A DNA stretch of 64,000 nucleotides from Schmidtea polychroa. Its lineage: Eukaryota. Below are positions 55,215 through 63,639 of the stretch, piece after piece. A model generated the notes under the pieces. That model worked only from the letters and a program-made list of their open reading frames with translations, was not told the origin of the DNA and did no database searches. Made by a program: the position numbers and the translations under genes. The first letter of the stretch is position 1, and each line of letters starts with the position of its first letter. The stretch is from positions 238,082,001-238,146,000 of the forward strand of contig CM097885.1 in assembly GCA_044892525.1 (NCBI GenBank). Reading direction: 5' to 3'.

Positions 55215-55373
55215 CCCGTTTCAATATTTTTTTTTCATATTTATGTTTAAAAAATAATTAATTAATAAAATATATAAAATAAAATAAATAAAATAAAATA
55301 TAAATCTAAGATACCCACACCATTTTCAATATTATTTTCAAATTTTTAATATTATTTTATGTTGAAAAAAAAC

Positions 55374-55446
55374 TAACCTCAGATATGATTTGAACCACTA
55401 TCCATTTGAACCACTATGTCAGTCTAGCCCACTGCGCTATCAGGTT
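55374..55446 (-). ncRNA. tRNA-sized Pol III-like unit (degenerate tRNA, SINE head or VA-RNA-like)
   Basis: A box TAGCGCAGTGG at +8, B box GGTTCAAATC at +51, AACCT/AGGTT end pairing at 1-5/68-72, T8 terminator 2 nt downstream. Confidence 0.5.
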
Positions 55447-55693
55447 TCAAATTTTTGTCATTTTTACAACTATAAATTATCGATTCAAGTTCTTTAACTC
55501 TTTCCTGTAATTGTTTCATTTTCTTTAACCTTATCTCAGCAACTTCTACAGCTTTCATGTAAAAATGTCGATACTTTTCATTCTCTACCATCAACTCTTT
55601 GATGTATTCTAATGGTTCTTCTTCTCTTCTTTTCATTCTCTTATGTTTAACTTCATTCAATTCATTTCTCATTCTTTCAATTAAGTCAGTCAT
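55424..55693 (-). CDS. Polinton small coiled-coil protein, unknown function
   Basis: 89-aa charged heptad-rich ORF with TAAAATG start context, divergent from the major capsid gene. Confidence 0.7.
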   Translation of the reverse strand: MTDLIERMRNELNEVKHKRMKRREEEPLEYIKELMVENEKYRHFYMKAVEVAEIRLKKMKQLQERVKELESIIYSCKNDKNLKPDSAVG

Positions 55694-55740
55694 TTTATAA
55701 ATATTTTTTTTATTGGATATATTAATTTTAATATATAAAA

Positions 55741-57033
55741 ATGAATAATATAAATCTTAAAATTCAAGAAAAAAATAAATTAAATCTTGATTATAATAAA
55801 GAATTTACTCATGAAATCAAGAAAAATGATGTACTTAAAATCTCGCCAACTTCAGGATCTATTGCAAACTTAAATCGTAGGGGTGATATAGTTTTTCAAT
55901 CTCTTCAAACATCAAACCCAATAGATATTTGTAATGCTAAATTATATTATAAAATTGAATTAGAAATTGAAGCAAACAAAGATATAACCCTAGAAAATAA
56001 TTTCTTTCCAAATTTATTCTCCAACATGAGATTAAAACTAGGATCATCAGAAATTGAAACTGTTTTACATCCAGGAGTATATTCTACAATGTTAAATTTT
56101 ATTTTGACAGGTTGTGATTATAAAAACGAATATGGTGAATTAACAGGTTGGATTCCTGATGTTAATAAAGGAGATTTAGATAAAGATGGTTTAGATATAA
56201 ATTATGGTTATTATAAAAGAGCTGAACTTTATAAATCTAAAAAATTTGAAGGTTATTTTGAATTAAAACACTTGTTTGGATTCCTTCAAAATTATAACCG
56301 TGTACTTCATAATGTTTTTATAGAATTCATCTGTAATAGACTAGAAGGTGATAAAAGATTGTTCTATGGAGCTGCAGATACAAAAGCTAAATTAAAATTA
56401 TCAACACTTGAATTGCATATACCTGAATGGACATTAAACCCACATTCTGAAATCAAACTCCTTGAGAGATTAAATTCCAACAAGTCTATAAATGTAAATT
56501 ATTTAAATAGAATCTGTAGTGAATTTAGTATGACAGAGGGTTCAACATATTCCATAAAGGTAGCAAATTTAGCATACCGACCAAGATATATCTTGATTGG
56601 ATTCAAAGAAGTAGATTCATCTTTCCAAAAAAATAACAATCTATTTATTCAAAAGATTGGAGATGATAATTTAAAAACAATCCAAATTCAATTAAATAGT
56701 TCTTATTATCCAATAAATAGAATGGAATTTAATATTGAAAATAATGAAAACATATTCCCATATCTAAATTATATTGAAACATGTTATGATTTCAAAGTTG
56801 AACCGCAATTAAGTTTAGAAGATTTCAAAAATTTATATTCTATATTTTGTATAAATGTTTCAGACCAAGATGATCGCCTAGCCATAAATAATGTTGATGT
56901 TACACTTCATGTAACAAAGGATTCTAATTTTAAAGCTAAAGTATATACATTAATATTAGAAGAAAAGAAAATAGAAATGAAATTATATGGTGGAAAGATT
57001 TCAATTATTGAAAATGTTAGGGGAGATTCTTAA
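55741..57033 (+). CDS. Polinton/adintovirus major capsid protein (double jelly-roll)
   Basis: 430 aa; LENNFFPNLFSNMRLKLG, LKHLFGF, RPRYILIGF, IQLNSSYYP, YSIFCINVS motifs; context next to integrase and ATPase. Confidence 0.88.
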   Translation: MNNINLKIQEKNKLNLDYNKEFTHEIKKNDVLKISPTSGSIANLNRRGDIVFQSLQTSNPIDICNAKLYYKIELEIEANKDITLENNFFPNLFSNMRLKLGSSEIETVLHPGVYSTMLNFILTGCDYKNEYGELTGWIPDVNKGDLDKDGLDINYGYYKRAELYKSKKFEGYFELKHLFGFLQNYNRVLHNVFIEFICNRLEGDKRLFYGAADTKAKLKLSTLELHIPEWTLNPHSEIKLLERLNSNKSINVNYLNRICSEFSMTEGSTYSIKVANLAYRPRYILIGFKEVDSSFQKNNNLFIQKIGDDNLKTIQIQLNSSYYPINRMEFNIENNENIFPYLNYIETCYDFKVEPQLSLEDFKNLYSIFCINVSDQDDRLAINNVDVTLHVTKDSNFKAKVYTLILEEKKIEMKLYGGKISIIENVRGDS

Positions 57034-57048
57034 AAATATCTAAATAAA

Positions 57049-57405
57049 ATGTCTTTAAATAAACCCTATTGGAGATGCGAAACTTGTAATTGTCAAGTTA
57101 CAAAACACCAAAAAGCAAGTCATTTAAAAACTAAAAAACATATAGGAGGCGACCTAATTCCACGAGCTGGAGGCAACTTACAATCTTCAAAAACAACATC
57201 TTCAATATTAAAACCTTTTACTGCAGAAAAATATCCAGGTGAAAGACATTTATTTAAACACAACTATACCGGACCAGGAACAAGATTAGATATTAGATTA
57301 GATGAAAATAATAATCCTAAACAAGGAGAAGAACCAATAAATAGAATTGATCAAGCAGCTTTAAAACATGATATTGCTTACAATTCAGAAGATCTTAGAA
57401 GATAG
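57049..57405 (+). CDS. C2H2 zinc finger plus parvovirus-VP1u-like phospholipase A2; N-terminal part of a frameshifted fusion with integrase
   Basis: CETC...HLKTKKH; HNYTGPG Ca-binding loop; DQAALKHDIAY catalytic helix; continues in +1 frame as EDRHVAD. Confidence 0.88.
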   Translation: MSLNKPYWRCETCNCQVTKHQKASHLKTKKHIGGDLIPRAGGNLQSSKTTSSILKPFTAEKYPGERHLFKHNYTGPGTRLDIRLDENNNPKQGEEPINRIDQAALKHDIAYNSEDLRR

Positions 57406-58462
57406 ACATGTTGCTGATGTGAATTTAATACATGATTTAAATAATATACAAAATCCATCAACCCAAGAAAAGATTCAAAGAGCTCTAGTTAAATTAGCAA
57501 TGAAAGGTAAGATTTTTATAGGCGCAGGACTTGGGCACCCCTTCTCTAGAATAGCAAAAGATGTTGCTAATAAAAAGATTATTGAGAATCACACCCTCGA
57601 ACAAGCAGAGATTGAAAGATCCCTCGAGAGTACAGCCAAGACTAGTTTACAAACCCCAACAGAATCAGAAATAAAATATGCCAACGAATTACACCATGAA
57701 TTTAGAAAAAATAAAAAATATTTAAAAGTTCAAGTACATGAAAAAGATCAAACATGGTCTGCAGATTTAGTCTTTATGCCAACCAAATCATCAGACCCTG
57801 AAAAATATAAAATAATTTTAACAGTAATAGATTTATATACAAGATTTGCTTTTGCAAGATGTTTAGAAAATAAAACAGGATATTCTATTACAGAAGCATT
57901 TGAAAATATATTTGAACAACATCAAAGAATTCCAAAATATTTATGGTGTGATAAAGGAACAGAATTTTATAACAAAGTTTTTACAAAGTTTTTAAATGAA
58001 AATGATATTAAATTATATTCAACAGAAAACGAAGGAAAAGCAGTCGTAGTTGAAAGATTAAATAGAACATTAAAAAATAAAATGTGGAAATATTTTACTG
58101 CTATTGGAAAACAAAAATGGAACAATGAATTGTTACAAAAGATTGTAAATGAATATAATAATGATGTACATAGTTCTATAAAATTAACACCTTTAAATAC
58201 TTCCTTGAATCCTTTGGAACTCATAAATCTTGTTGAAAATGATGTTATTGAAAAACCAAAGTTTAAAATTGGTGACCGAGTAAGAATATTTAAATATAAA
58301 AATAAATTTGAAAAAGGATTCACAGCAAAATGGACAAATGAAATTTTTATTATAAATAAAATACATTATACAACTCCAATAACATATAGCATCTTTGATT
58401 TAAATAATGAAAAAATATTAGGTAGATTTTATAATAATGAACTACAGAAAACAGATTTCTGA
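57368..58462 (+). CDS. Retroviral-like (RVE) DDE integrase with PLA2 C-terminal part at its N-terminus
   Basis: WSADL, LTVIDLYTRFAF, LWCDKGTEF, VVERLNRTLK catalytic D-D-E; C-terminal KFKIGDRVRI...FEKGF...WT.EIF typical of Polinton integrases; no chromodomain seen. Confidence 0.95.
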   Translation: MILLTIQKILEDRHVADVNLIHDLNNIQNPSTQEKIQRALVKLAMKGKIFIGAGLGHPFSRIAKDVANKKIIENHTLEQAEIERSLESTAKTSLQTPTESEIKYANELHHEFRKNKKYLKVQVHEKDQTWSADLVFMPTKSSDPEKYKIILTVIDLYTRFAFARCLENKTGYSITEAFENIFEQHQRIPKYLWCDKGTEFYNKVFTKFLNENDIKLYSTENEGKAVVVERLNRTLKNKMWKYFTAIGKQKWNNELLQKIVNEYNNDVHSSIKLTPLNTSLNPLELINLVENDVIEKPKFKIGDRVRIFKYKNKFEKGFTAKWTNEIFIINKIHYTTPITYSIFDLNNEKILGRFYNNELQKTDF

Positions 58463-58477
58463 ACTATAGAAAACAAG

Positions 58478-59272
58478 TTAAAACAAACTTTTCCATATTT
58501 CAGCTTCTTCTCTATCCAAATAAATATAATTATATTTTTCTTTCCAATGATTATCAACAAACATATCAAACATATTCTTATCAGGTTCAACATTTGAAAA
58601 TAAATCATTATAAATCATATTCTTATCACGGCGATCTAATTTAAAAAATATAAAACAATTAGAATTATTTCTTATTGAATTTTTATCTAAAGCATAATAA
58701 GTTTGAGATATATAAATAACATTACAATTATTATGTCTTCCTCTTGTAAAGTAACTCTTTTGAATCTCTTGATTTTTCATATTAACAACATCATCAAATA
58801 TAACTAGATTCTTTTTATCTTTAGGAAGTAAATCACAATGTAAAACATCTTCAGGTTTATTAGAGAATAAAACCTGAATTGCTTGCCCCTGCCCCTCTTC
58901 ACAAATATAATCATTTTTATTACTAATATCTGATTCTAAAATCTTTTCCTTATACCAATCAACCATATCACAAGGTTGAAAAACTTCTTCAGGACATCTA
59001 TGTTGATTTTTAAAAATATCAATTATTGCTTTTTTAGTTAATTTATTTTCAAATCCACATTTCAAAAGTTGTAATTCTGGTTGATTTATAGTTGTAGAGT
59101 AAAAGATTAAATTATTATAATCTAAAAAACCATCTTCAAGCAACATTTTCAAAACAAGTACATTCTTTCCACATCCAGAAGAACCAACAATTAATAATCT
59201 AAAATTATCAGGAAATACTTTATTATTAAATTTAGATTTATGTCTATTTAAAATTGGTTTCCAAATATCCAT
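58478..59272 (-). CDS. FtsK/A32-like genome-packaging ATPase
   Basis: Walker A GSSGCGKN, Walker B LVIFDD, FTRGRHNN arginine motif, ISQ motif. Confidence 0.93.
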   Translation of the reverse strand: MDIWKPILNRHKSKFNNKVFPDNFRLLIVGSSGCGKNVLVLKMLLEDGFLDYNNLIFYSTTINQPELQLLKCGFENKLTKKAIIDIFKNQHRCPEEVFQPCDMVDWYKEKILESDISNKNDYICEEGQGQAIQVLFSNKPEDVLHCDLLPKDKKNLVIFDDVVNMKNQEIQKSYFTRGRHNNCNVIYISQTYYALDKNSIRNNSNCFIFFKLDRRDKNMIYNDLFSNVEPDKNMFDMFVDNHWKEKYNYIYLDREEAEIWKSLF

Positions 59273-59287
59273 TTTATTTATTATAAA

Positions 59288-59827
59288 ATGACAACTGAAG
59301 AATCTTTACAAGAATTAATAAATTCAAATAAAAATAAATCAGTAGTAATTGATGGTAAAAAATATTTTATTGGAAAACATGTAAAAGAACAAGTTAGAGC
59401 GAAGATTAAAGAAGGTGGCATTCTTCCATTAGCTGCTTTAATACCTGCAATCATTGCCGGACTATCAGGTGCTGCTGGAATAGCTGGAGGAATTGCAACT
59501 ACAGTTCAAAAAGCTAAAGAATCTCAAAAGACAGACTTAGAAAAAGAAAAACTACAAACTGAAATCGATTCAATGAAGAAGAGGGGAAAAGGTCTCTATC
59601 TTAATCCACATGAGGGGAGTCTCTCCAAGGGAAAGGGCCTTTATCTTGATCCTTATAAAGGTAGAGGTTTAAATGATTTTTTAAAAAATCAAATTTCTAC
59701 ATCTGAATCTTTATCTTCAAAAGATAAAGATGATTTTAAAAAAATATGTAAATCTTTAAAGAATGGATGCCTTTGTAAAACCAAAAATGGTAAAGGTTTA
59801 TACTTGAAGCCCTTCGAACCAAAATGA
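59288..59827 (+). CDS. Adenovirus pX-like virion core/membrane-active protein
   Basis: EGGILPLAALIPAIIAGLSGAAGIAGGIA resembles adenovirus pX (GGILPLLIPLIAAAIGA); four G-K/R-GL repeats. Confidence 0.7.
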   Translation: MTTEESLQELINSNKNKSVVIDGKKYFIGKHVKEQVRAKIKEGGILPLAALIPAIIAGLSGAAGIAGGIATTVQKAKESQKTDLEKEKLQTEIDSMKKRGKGLYLNPHEGSLSKGKGLYLDPYKGRGLNDFLKNQISTSESLSSKDKDDFKKICKSLKNGCLCKTKNGKGLYLKPFEPK

Positions 59828-59849
59828 TACCAATTTTGATACCATTAAA

Positions 59850-60704
59850 ATGGTATATGAAGAAAGATTAGCACTTTTAAAAAAATTACAATCAGAACAA
59901 GATAAATATAATAAAAAAGATACAACCCAACACGCTGAATCTATAATATTAAATGAGGTAATCCAACAACAACAGGGGCCAACAATTAAAGCTATAAAAG
60001 GATTAGAATTAGAAGATAAAAAACAAAAAATAAAAGAATTGGAGTGGAAGGAAGAATCCACTGAAAGGTTTAAAGATAAAGAAACAACAGAGCTCACTGA
60101 AAGAAATCAAAGAAAACGTAGAAGAATTTCTAATGTGGAAGAAGAAGAAATGTTTTTAAAAACAAAACCTCTTAAAGTTGATCCTAAAATTAGAGATGAT
60201 TTACCTCCTTCAATTAGACCCACATTTAATACTAATACTGAAGGATATCAAATAATAACAATTAATAAACAAAACTTTACTTTATATTCAAATTCAGAAA
60301 AGAAATCACGTATTCATTCACAAAATGTTTATAATAATGAATATTTAGACTTTGAATTTACAGATGATTTTTATAGATTACTTTGTGGATATTCTTCAGA
60401 TGATGTTGAAGAAATTAAAAAATATTTAAATTTAATAAGATTAATAAGAGCTAGTTCTAAAGCAAAATATATTCAAGATTTAAAGAATTATTTAAATAAA
60501 AATGAAAAGGGTTATGTTGTTACAGAGGGTGAGGGATTGGTTGAACCAAACACAATCAATCTTTTTATTGAATTAAGAAAACTATTATCTGCAAGGAAAG
60601 CAGGACATAATAATTTAGATTCTGATATTTTAAAGATTTCTAAAGATTTGTTAAAACAAGGAATAATTTCAAAAGATAAATTTAATAAATATACGAAGTT
60701 ATAA
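59850..60704 (+). CDS. Polinton hypothetical (putative core) protein
   Basis: 284-aa intact ORF; RKRRR NLS-like motif; GEGL site; C-terminal LRKLLSARKAGHNN...DLLKQGII helical motif. Confidence 0.75.
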   Translation: MVYEERLALLKKLQSEQDKYNKKDTTQHAESIILNEVIQQQQGPTIKAIKGLELEDKKQKIKELEWKEESTERFKDKETTELTERNQRKRRRISNVEEEEMFLKTKPLKVDPKIRDDLPPSIRPTFNTNTEGYQIITINKQNFTLYSNSEKKSRIHSQNVYNNEYLDFEFTDDFYRLLCGYSSDDVEEIKKYLNLIRLIRASSKAKYIQDLKNYLNKNEKGYVVTEGEGLVEPNTINLFIELRKLLSARKAGHNNLDSDILKISKDLLKQGIISKDKFNKYTKL

Positions 60705-60712
60705 AATACAAA

Positions 60713-61139
60713 ATGACTTGTCCTTCAATATTAGATTTTTTAAAAACATTTGGAATAAATGCAAAAACAAATTTTGATTTAAAAGATTATGCAAATTATT
60801 TAAATTTAAAAATAAAAAATATTAATGAATGATGAATTGTCGAGTCTGAAAGAGAATAATATAATAATCAATTATCAAAATTCAAATGAAAAAGGATCTC
60901 ATTGGGTTTGTATATATAATAAATCTATATACTTTGATTCTTTTGGGATAAAACCCACTAAAGAAGTTGAAGACTATCTCTCGGACTACACTTTTAATTC
61001 TTTACAAGTTCAACCTAATAATACTAAAATATGTGGTATTATAAGTTTATATGTTTTGTATAGATTGAATAAATCCAAAGGAGAAGGTTTCACTTCCTTA
61101 ATCCAAGAAATTTATAATGATTTAAAATCTCTATTATGA
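60713..61139 (+). CDS. Adenain-like cysteine maturation protease, +1 frameshift near 60805-60820
   Basis: GSHWVC, YFDSFG, QVQ...ICG catalytic H-D-Q-C; upstream frame MTCPSILDFLKTFGINAKTNFDLKDYANYLNLKIK starts at 60713 and shifts in an A-run into ORF 60825-61139. Confidence 0.9.
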
Positions 61140-61906
61140 AAATGGAGCTTTGCAACCTTCCGGAAGATAATTTTAAAAAAATGGTAAACATAATGTCAGA
61201 TAAATATTCAAGAACTTTATCTATAAATTCAAAAGAATCAGACTTTACTATAAACTTTCAAGATTCAATAAAATTAGATCAAGATTTAAATTATGAATTA
61301 GGTCTATTATGGTTTTGTGCTTATAATACTATTTTTAATATAACTAAAGATAATAAAATATTTTATTATATAAGCCCAAAATCTACAGATAAGATTATAA
61401 TAACAATCGAACCTGGGGCTTATGAGATAAAAGATTTAAATAATATACTTTCTAAAAGAACAAATGGAGCCATTAAAATTAAAATGGATTTACCAACTTC
61501 AAAATGTATAATGACTTTAGAGAATATAGGAATTCATTTTCAAAATAATAGTTTCTTTAGAACAATTTTAGGATTTACACGAAACCATTATATCACACCT
61601 ATAGTTGAGAATATAACATCAGAAAATATTATAAAAATAATAAATACAAACACAATAAATATTCATTGTGATTGTATAACAGGTTCTTATAATAATGGTA
61701 AACAAACAAATGTTTTATATTCCTTTCCCTCAAACACAGTTCCTATGGGATATAAAATAGTTGAAAGAATGAATCCCCCAAATTATTTACCTTTATGTAG
61801 AAAATATATAATGGATATTAATTTTAAAATTCTTAACCAAGAAGGAGAATTGATTGATTTTAATGGAGAAGAGATTTCAATGTATTTACATTTGAAACAG
61901 GTTTGA
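61136..61906 (+). CDS. Minor capsid protein (penton, single jelly-roll)
   Basis: IEPGAYEIKDLN, ILGF, INIHCDCI, VLYSFP, YLPL, LIDFNGEEISMYLHLK motifs; follows the protease. Confidence 0.88.
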   Translation: MKMELCNLPEDNFKKMVNIMSDKYSRTLSINSKESDFTINFQDSIKLDQDLNYELGLLWFCAYNTIFNITKDNKIFYYISPKSTDKIIITIEPGAYEIKDLNNILSKRTNGAIKIKMDLPTSKCIMTLENIGIHFQNNSFFRTILGFTRNHYITPIVENITSENIIKIINTNTINIHCDCITGSYNNGKQTNVLYSFPSNTVPMGYKIVERMNPPNYLPLCRKYIMDINFKILNQEGELIDFNGEEISMYLHLKQV

Positions 61907-61930
61907 AGATTCATTTTAAATTATTAATAA

Positions 61931-62941
61931 ATGAGTTCTTATATTCCATGTAATAGAGGTGGTGGAACAATAAAAACAGGGTTTAATACAGAAGAAATAT
62001 TAACTTTAACAGAAAATAAATATATTAATGAAAGAGGTGATTCAATGAAAGGAGATTTAAATTTAAATGGACACAAGATAAAAGATTTATCTTTTCCAAC
62101 TGATGAAGCTGATGCAGTTAATAAAAAATATGTTGATGGTGTTAAAAATTATACTGATTTAACAACAACAAGAATTGAAAGTTCATTAACAACAAAAATT
62201 GATTCAATGGAATCAAAGCTTAATAATAACGAACAACGATTTAATGATAAATTTGACAAGTTACAAAGTCTGTTAACTGAACAAGTTGTAAAGTTAAATG
62301 CCGCCATATTAAACTCTAAAGATAAACAAATTATGAATACTAAATTTAATACAATATATAATATAATAAATGAGATGATTACATCATTTAATAAAAGAAT
62401 TTCAAATTTAGAGTCTCATGGAACACACATTAACACCACACATAGTATTAGAAAAAGAGCTGCTGAATTAGAACAGAATAAAACATTATTACCCCATACA
62501 TATAAACATTTTATAGAACCAAGTTTAATAACAACAAACAGTAAAGAATGGGGTGTTTTTATGGTTGTAAAGATTATTGATCCTTATTTCTTTTTGTTTG
62601 ATGATGATAATGAAAGAATGAAATGGTTTGTGAAATGTGATTATAATAGTAAGCTTGAAAAGGGTGATGTTATAATGACTAGTTATGATTTACCACACGG
62701 AGATTGGTATGTTAATACTCATTCACATGGACTACATAAAGTTAAAAGTAAGAATATTATTTTTAAAAGCACACTTGTACAATATATAGATTTAATATTT
62801 TATGAAAAAAAGGTTGATGTTGATGAAGTTCGTAAAGCATTGATGGAATTGTATAAAGATATTCTCTCAACAAGAGTTTCTTTTGATATCCGAGTATTGG
62901 TGCCAGATGATGCTCAGAAGAATAAAGTCTTATTTTTTTAA
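61931..62941 (+). CDS. Putative fibre/spike protein
   Basis: GDSMKGDLNLNGHKIKDLSFPTDEADAVNKKYVD (phage tail-fibre / trimeric adhesin neck-like), long coiled coil, beta-rich C-terminal domain; directly after penton. Confidence 0.6.
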   Translation: MSSYIPCNRGGGTIKTGFNTEEILTLTENKYINERGDSMKGDLNLNGHKIKDLSFPTDEADAVNKKYVDGVKNYTDLTTTRIESSLTTKIDSMESKLNNNEQRFNDKFDKLQSLLTEQVVKLNAAILNSKDKQIMNTKFNTIYNIINEMITSFNKRISNLESHGTHINTTHSIRKRAAELEQNKTLLPHTYKHFIEPSLITTNSKEWGVFMVVKIIDPYFFLFDDDNERMKWFVKCDYNSKLEKGDVIMTSYDLPHGDWYVNTHSHGLHKVKSKNIIFKSTLVQYIDLIFYEKKVDVDEVRKALMELYKDILSTRVSFDIRVLVPDDAQKNKVLFF

Positions 62942-62949
62942 TTATTAAA

Positions 62950-63528
62950 ATGGAAGAAGTAAGAGAAGAAAAAATTTACCCAGAATTGTCATCAAGATAT
63001 TATTCTTCCAAGGCTCCCTCAGCTCCCACAGAACTTGAAATTATGAGAGTAAAAGAATTTAAGTCAGAAACCTTACATTTACAAGATTTATTAAAGCATT
63101 ATAAAAAAATTAAAAATAAATGGAATAAAGGGAATACAGTTTTAAAAGTTATAGGTTATTCTTTAGGATTTGCATCTGCAATATTAACAGTTATTTTACC
63201 TATAACTTTACCAGTTTTAACAATTTCACCTGTAATACTTGGAAGTATTTCAGTAGCTGATGGTTTCCTAACTGAAATAGTTTCACTATCTTATACTTCT
63301 AAAAAGAAAAGTTTATATCGTGAAGTTTGTTTATCAATAGAATTAGGAATCTCTAAATTATTTTTATTTCAATTAAAAGCTTTGGAAGATGGAATCTTAA
63401 CTGATGATGAAATAATGAAATCAAATCAAATAATACAAGATATTAAAAATAATATTAATAGATTGAAAAGTGCTAATGTTATAACTAATAAAAAAATTAA
63501 ACGAGAGAAATGGTTAAAGAATTCTTAA
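62950..63528 (+). CDS. Membrane protein with N-terminal YPxL and PSAP motifs
   Basis: IYPEL...APSAP; hydrophobic segment VIGYSLGFASAILTVILPITLPVLTISPVILGSISV. Confidence 0.75.
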   Translation: MEEVREEKIYPELSSRYYSSKAPSAPTELEIMRVKEFKSETLHLQDLLKHYKKIKNKWNKGNTVLKVIGYSLGFASAILTVILPITLPVLTISPVILGSISVADGFLTEIVSLSYTSKKKSLYREVCLSIELGISKLFLFQLKALEDGILTDDEIMKSNQIIQDIKNNINRLKSANVITNKKIKREKWLKNS

Positions 63529-63639
63529 AATTATAAATATATAAAATGGATGCATTTTTAAAAAAAGTAGATCAGGTTGCTATAGTTGCTTAAATTAATT
63601 GTCGACATTTTATTATTAAAAAATTAAATATCGTTGGTT

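Noticed and set aside
55374..55446. A functional tRNA gene
   Set aside because: D, anticodon and T stems do not pair properly; kept only as a Pol III-like unit
57967..60097. Minus-strand ORFs 57967-58323 and 59798-60097
   Set aside because: Antisense to the integrase and the 284-aa viral gene; no motifs
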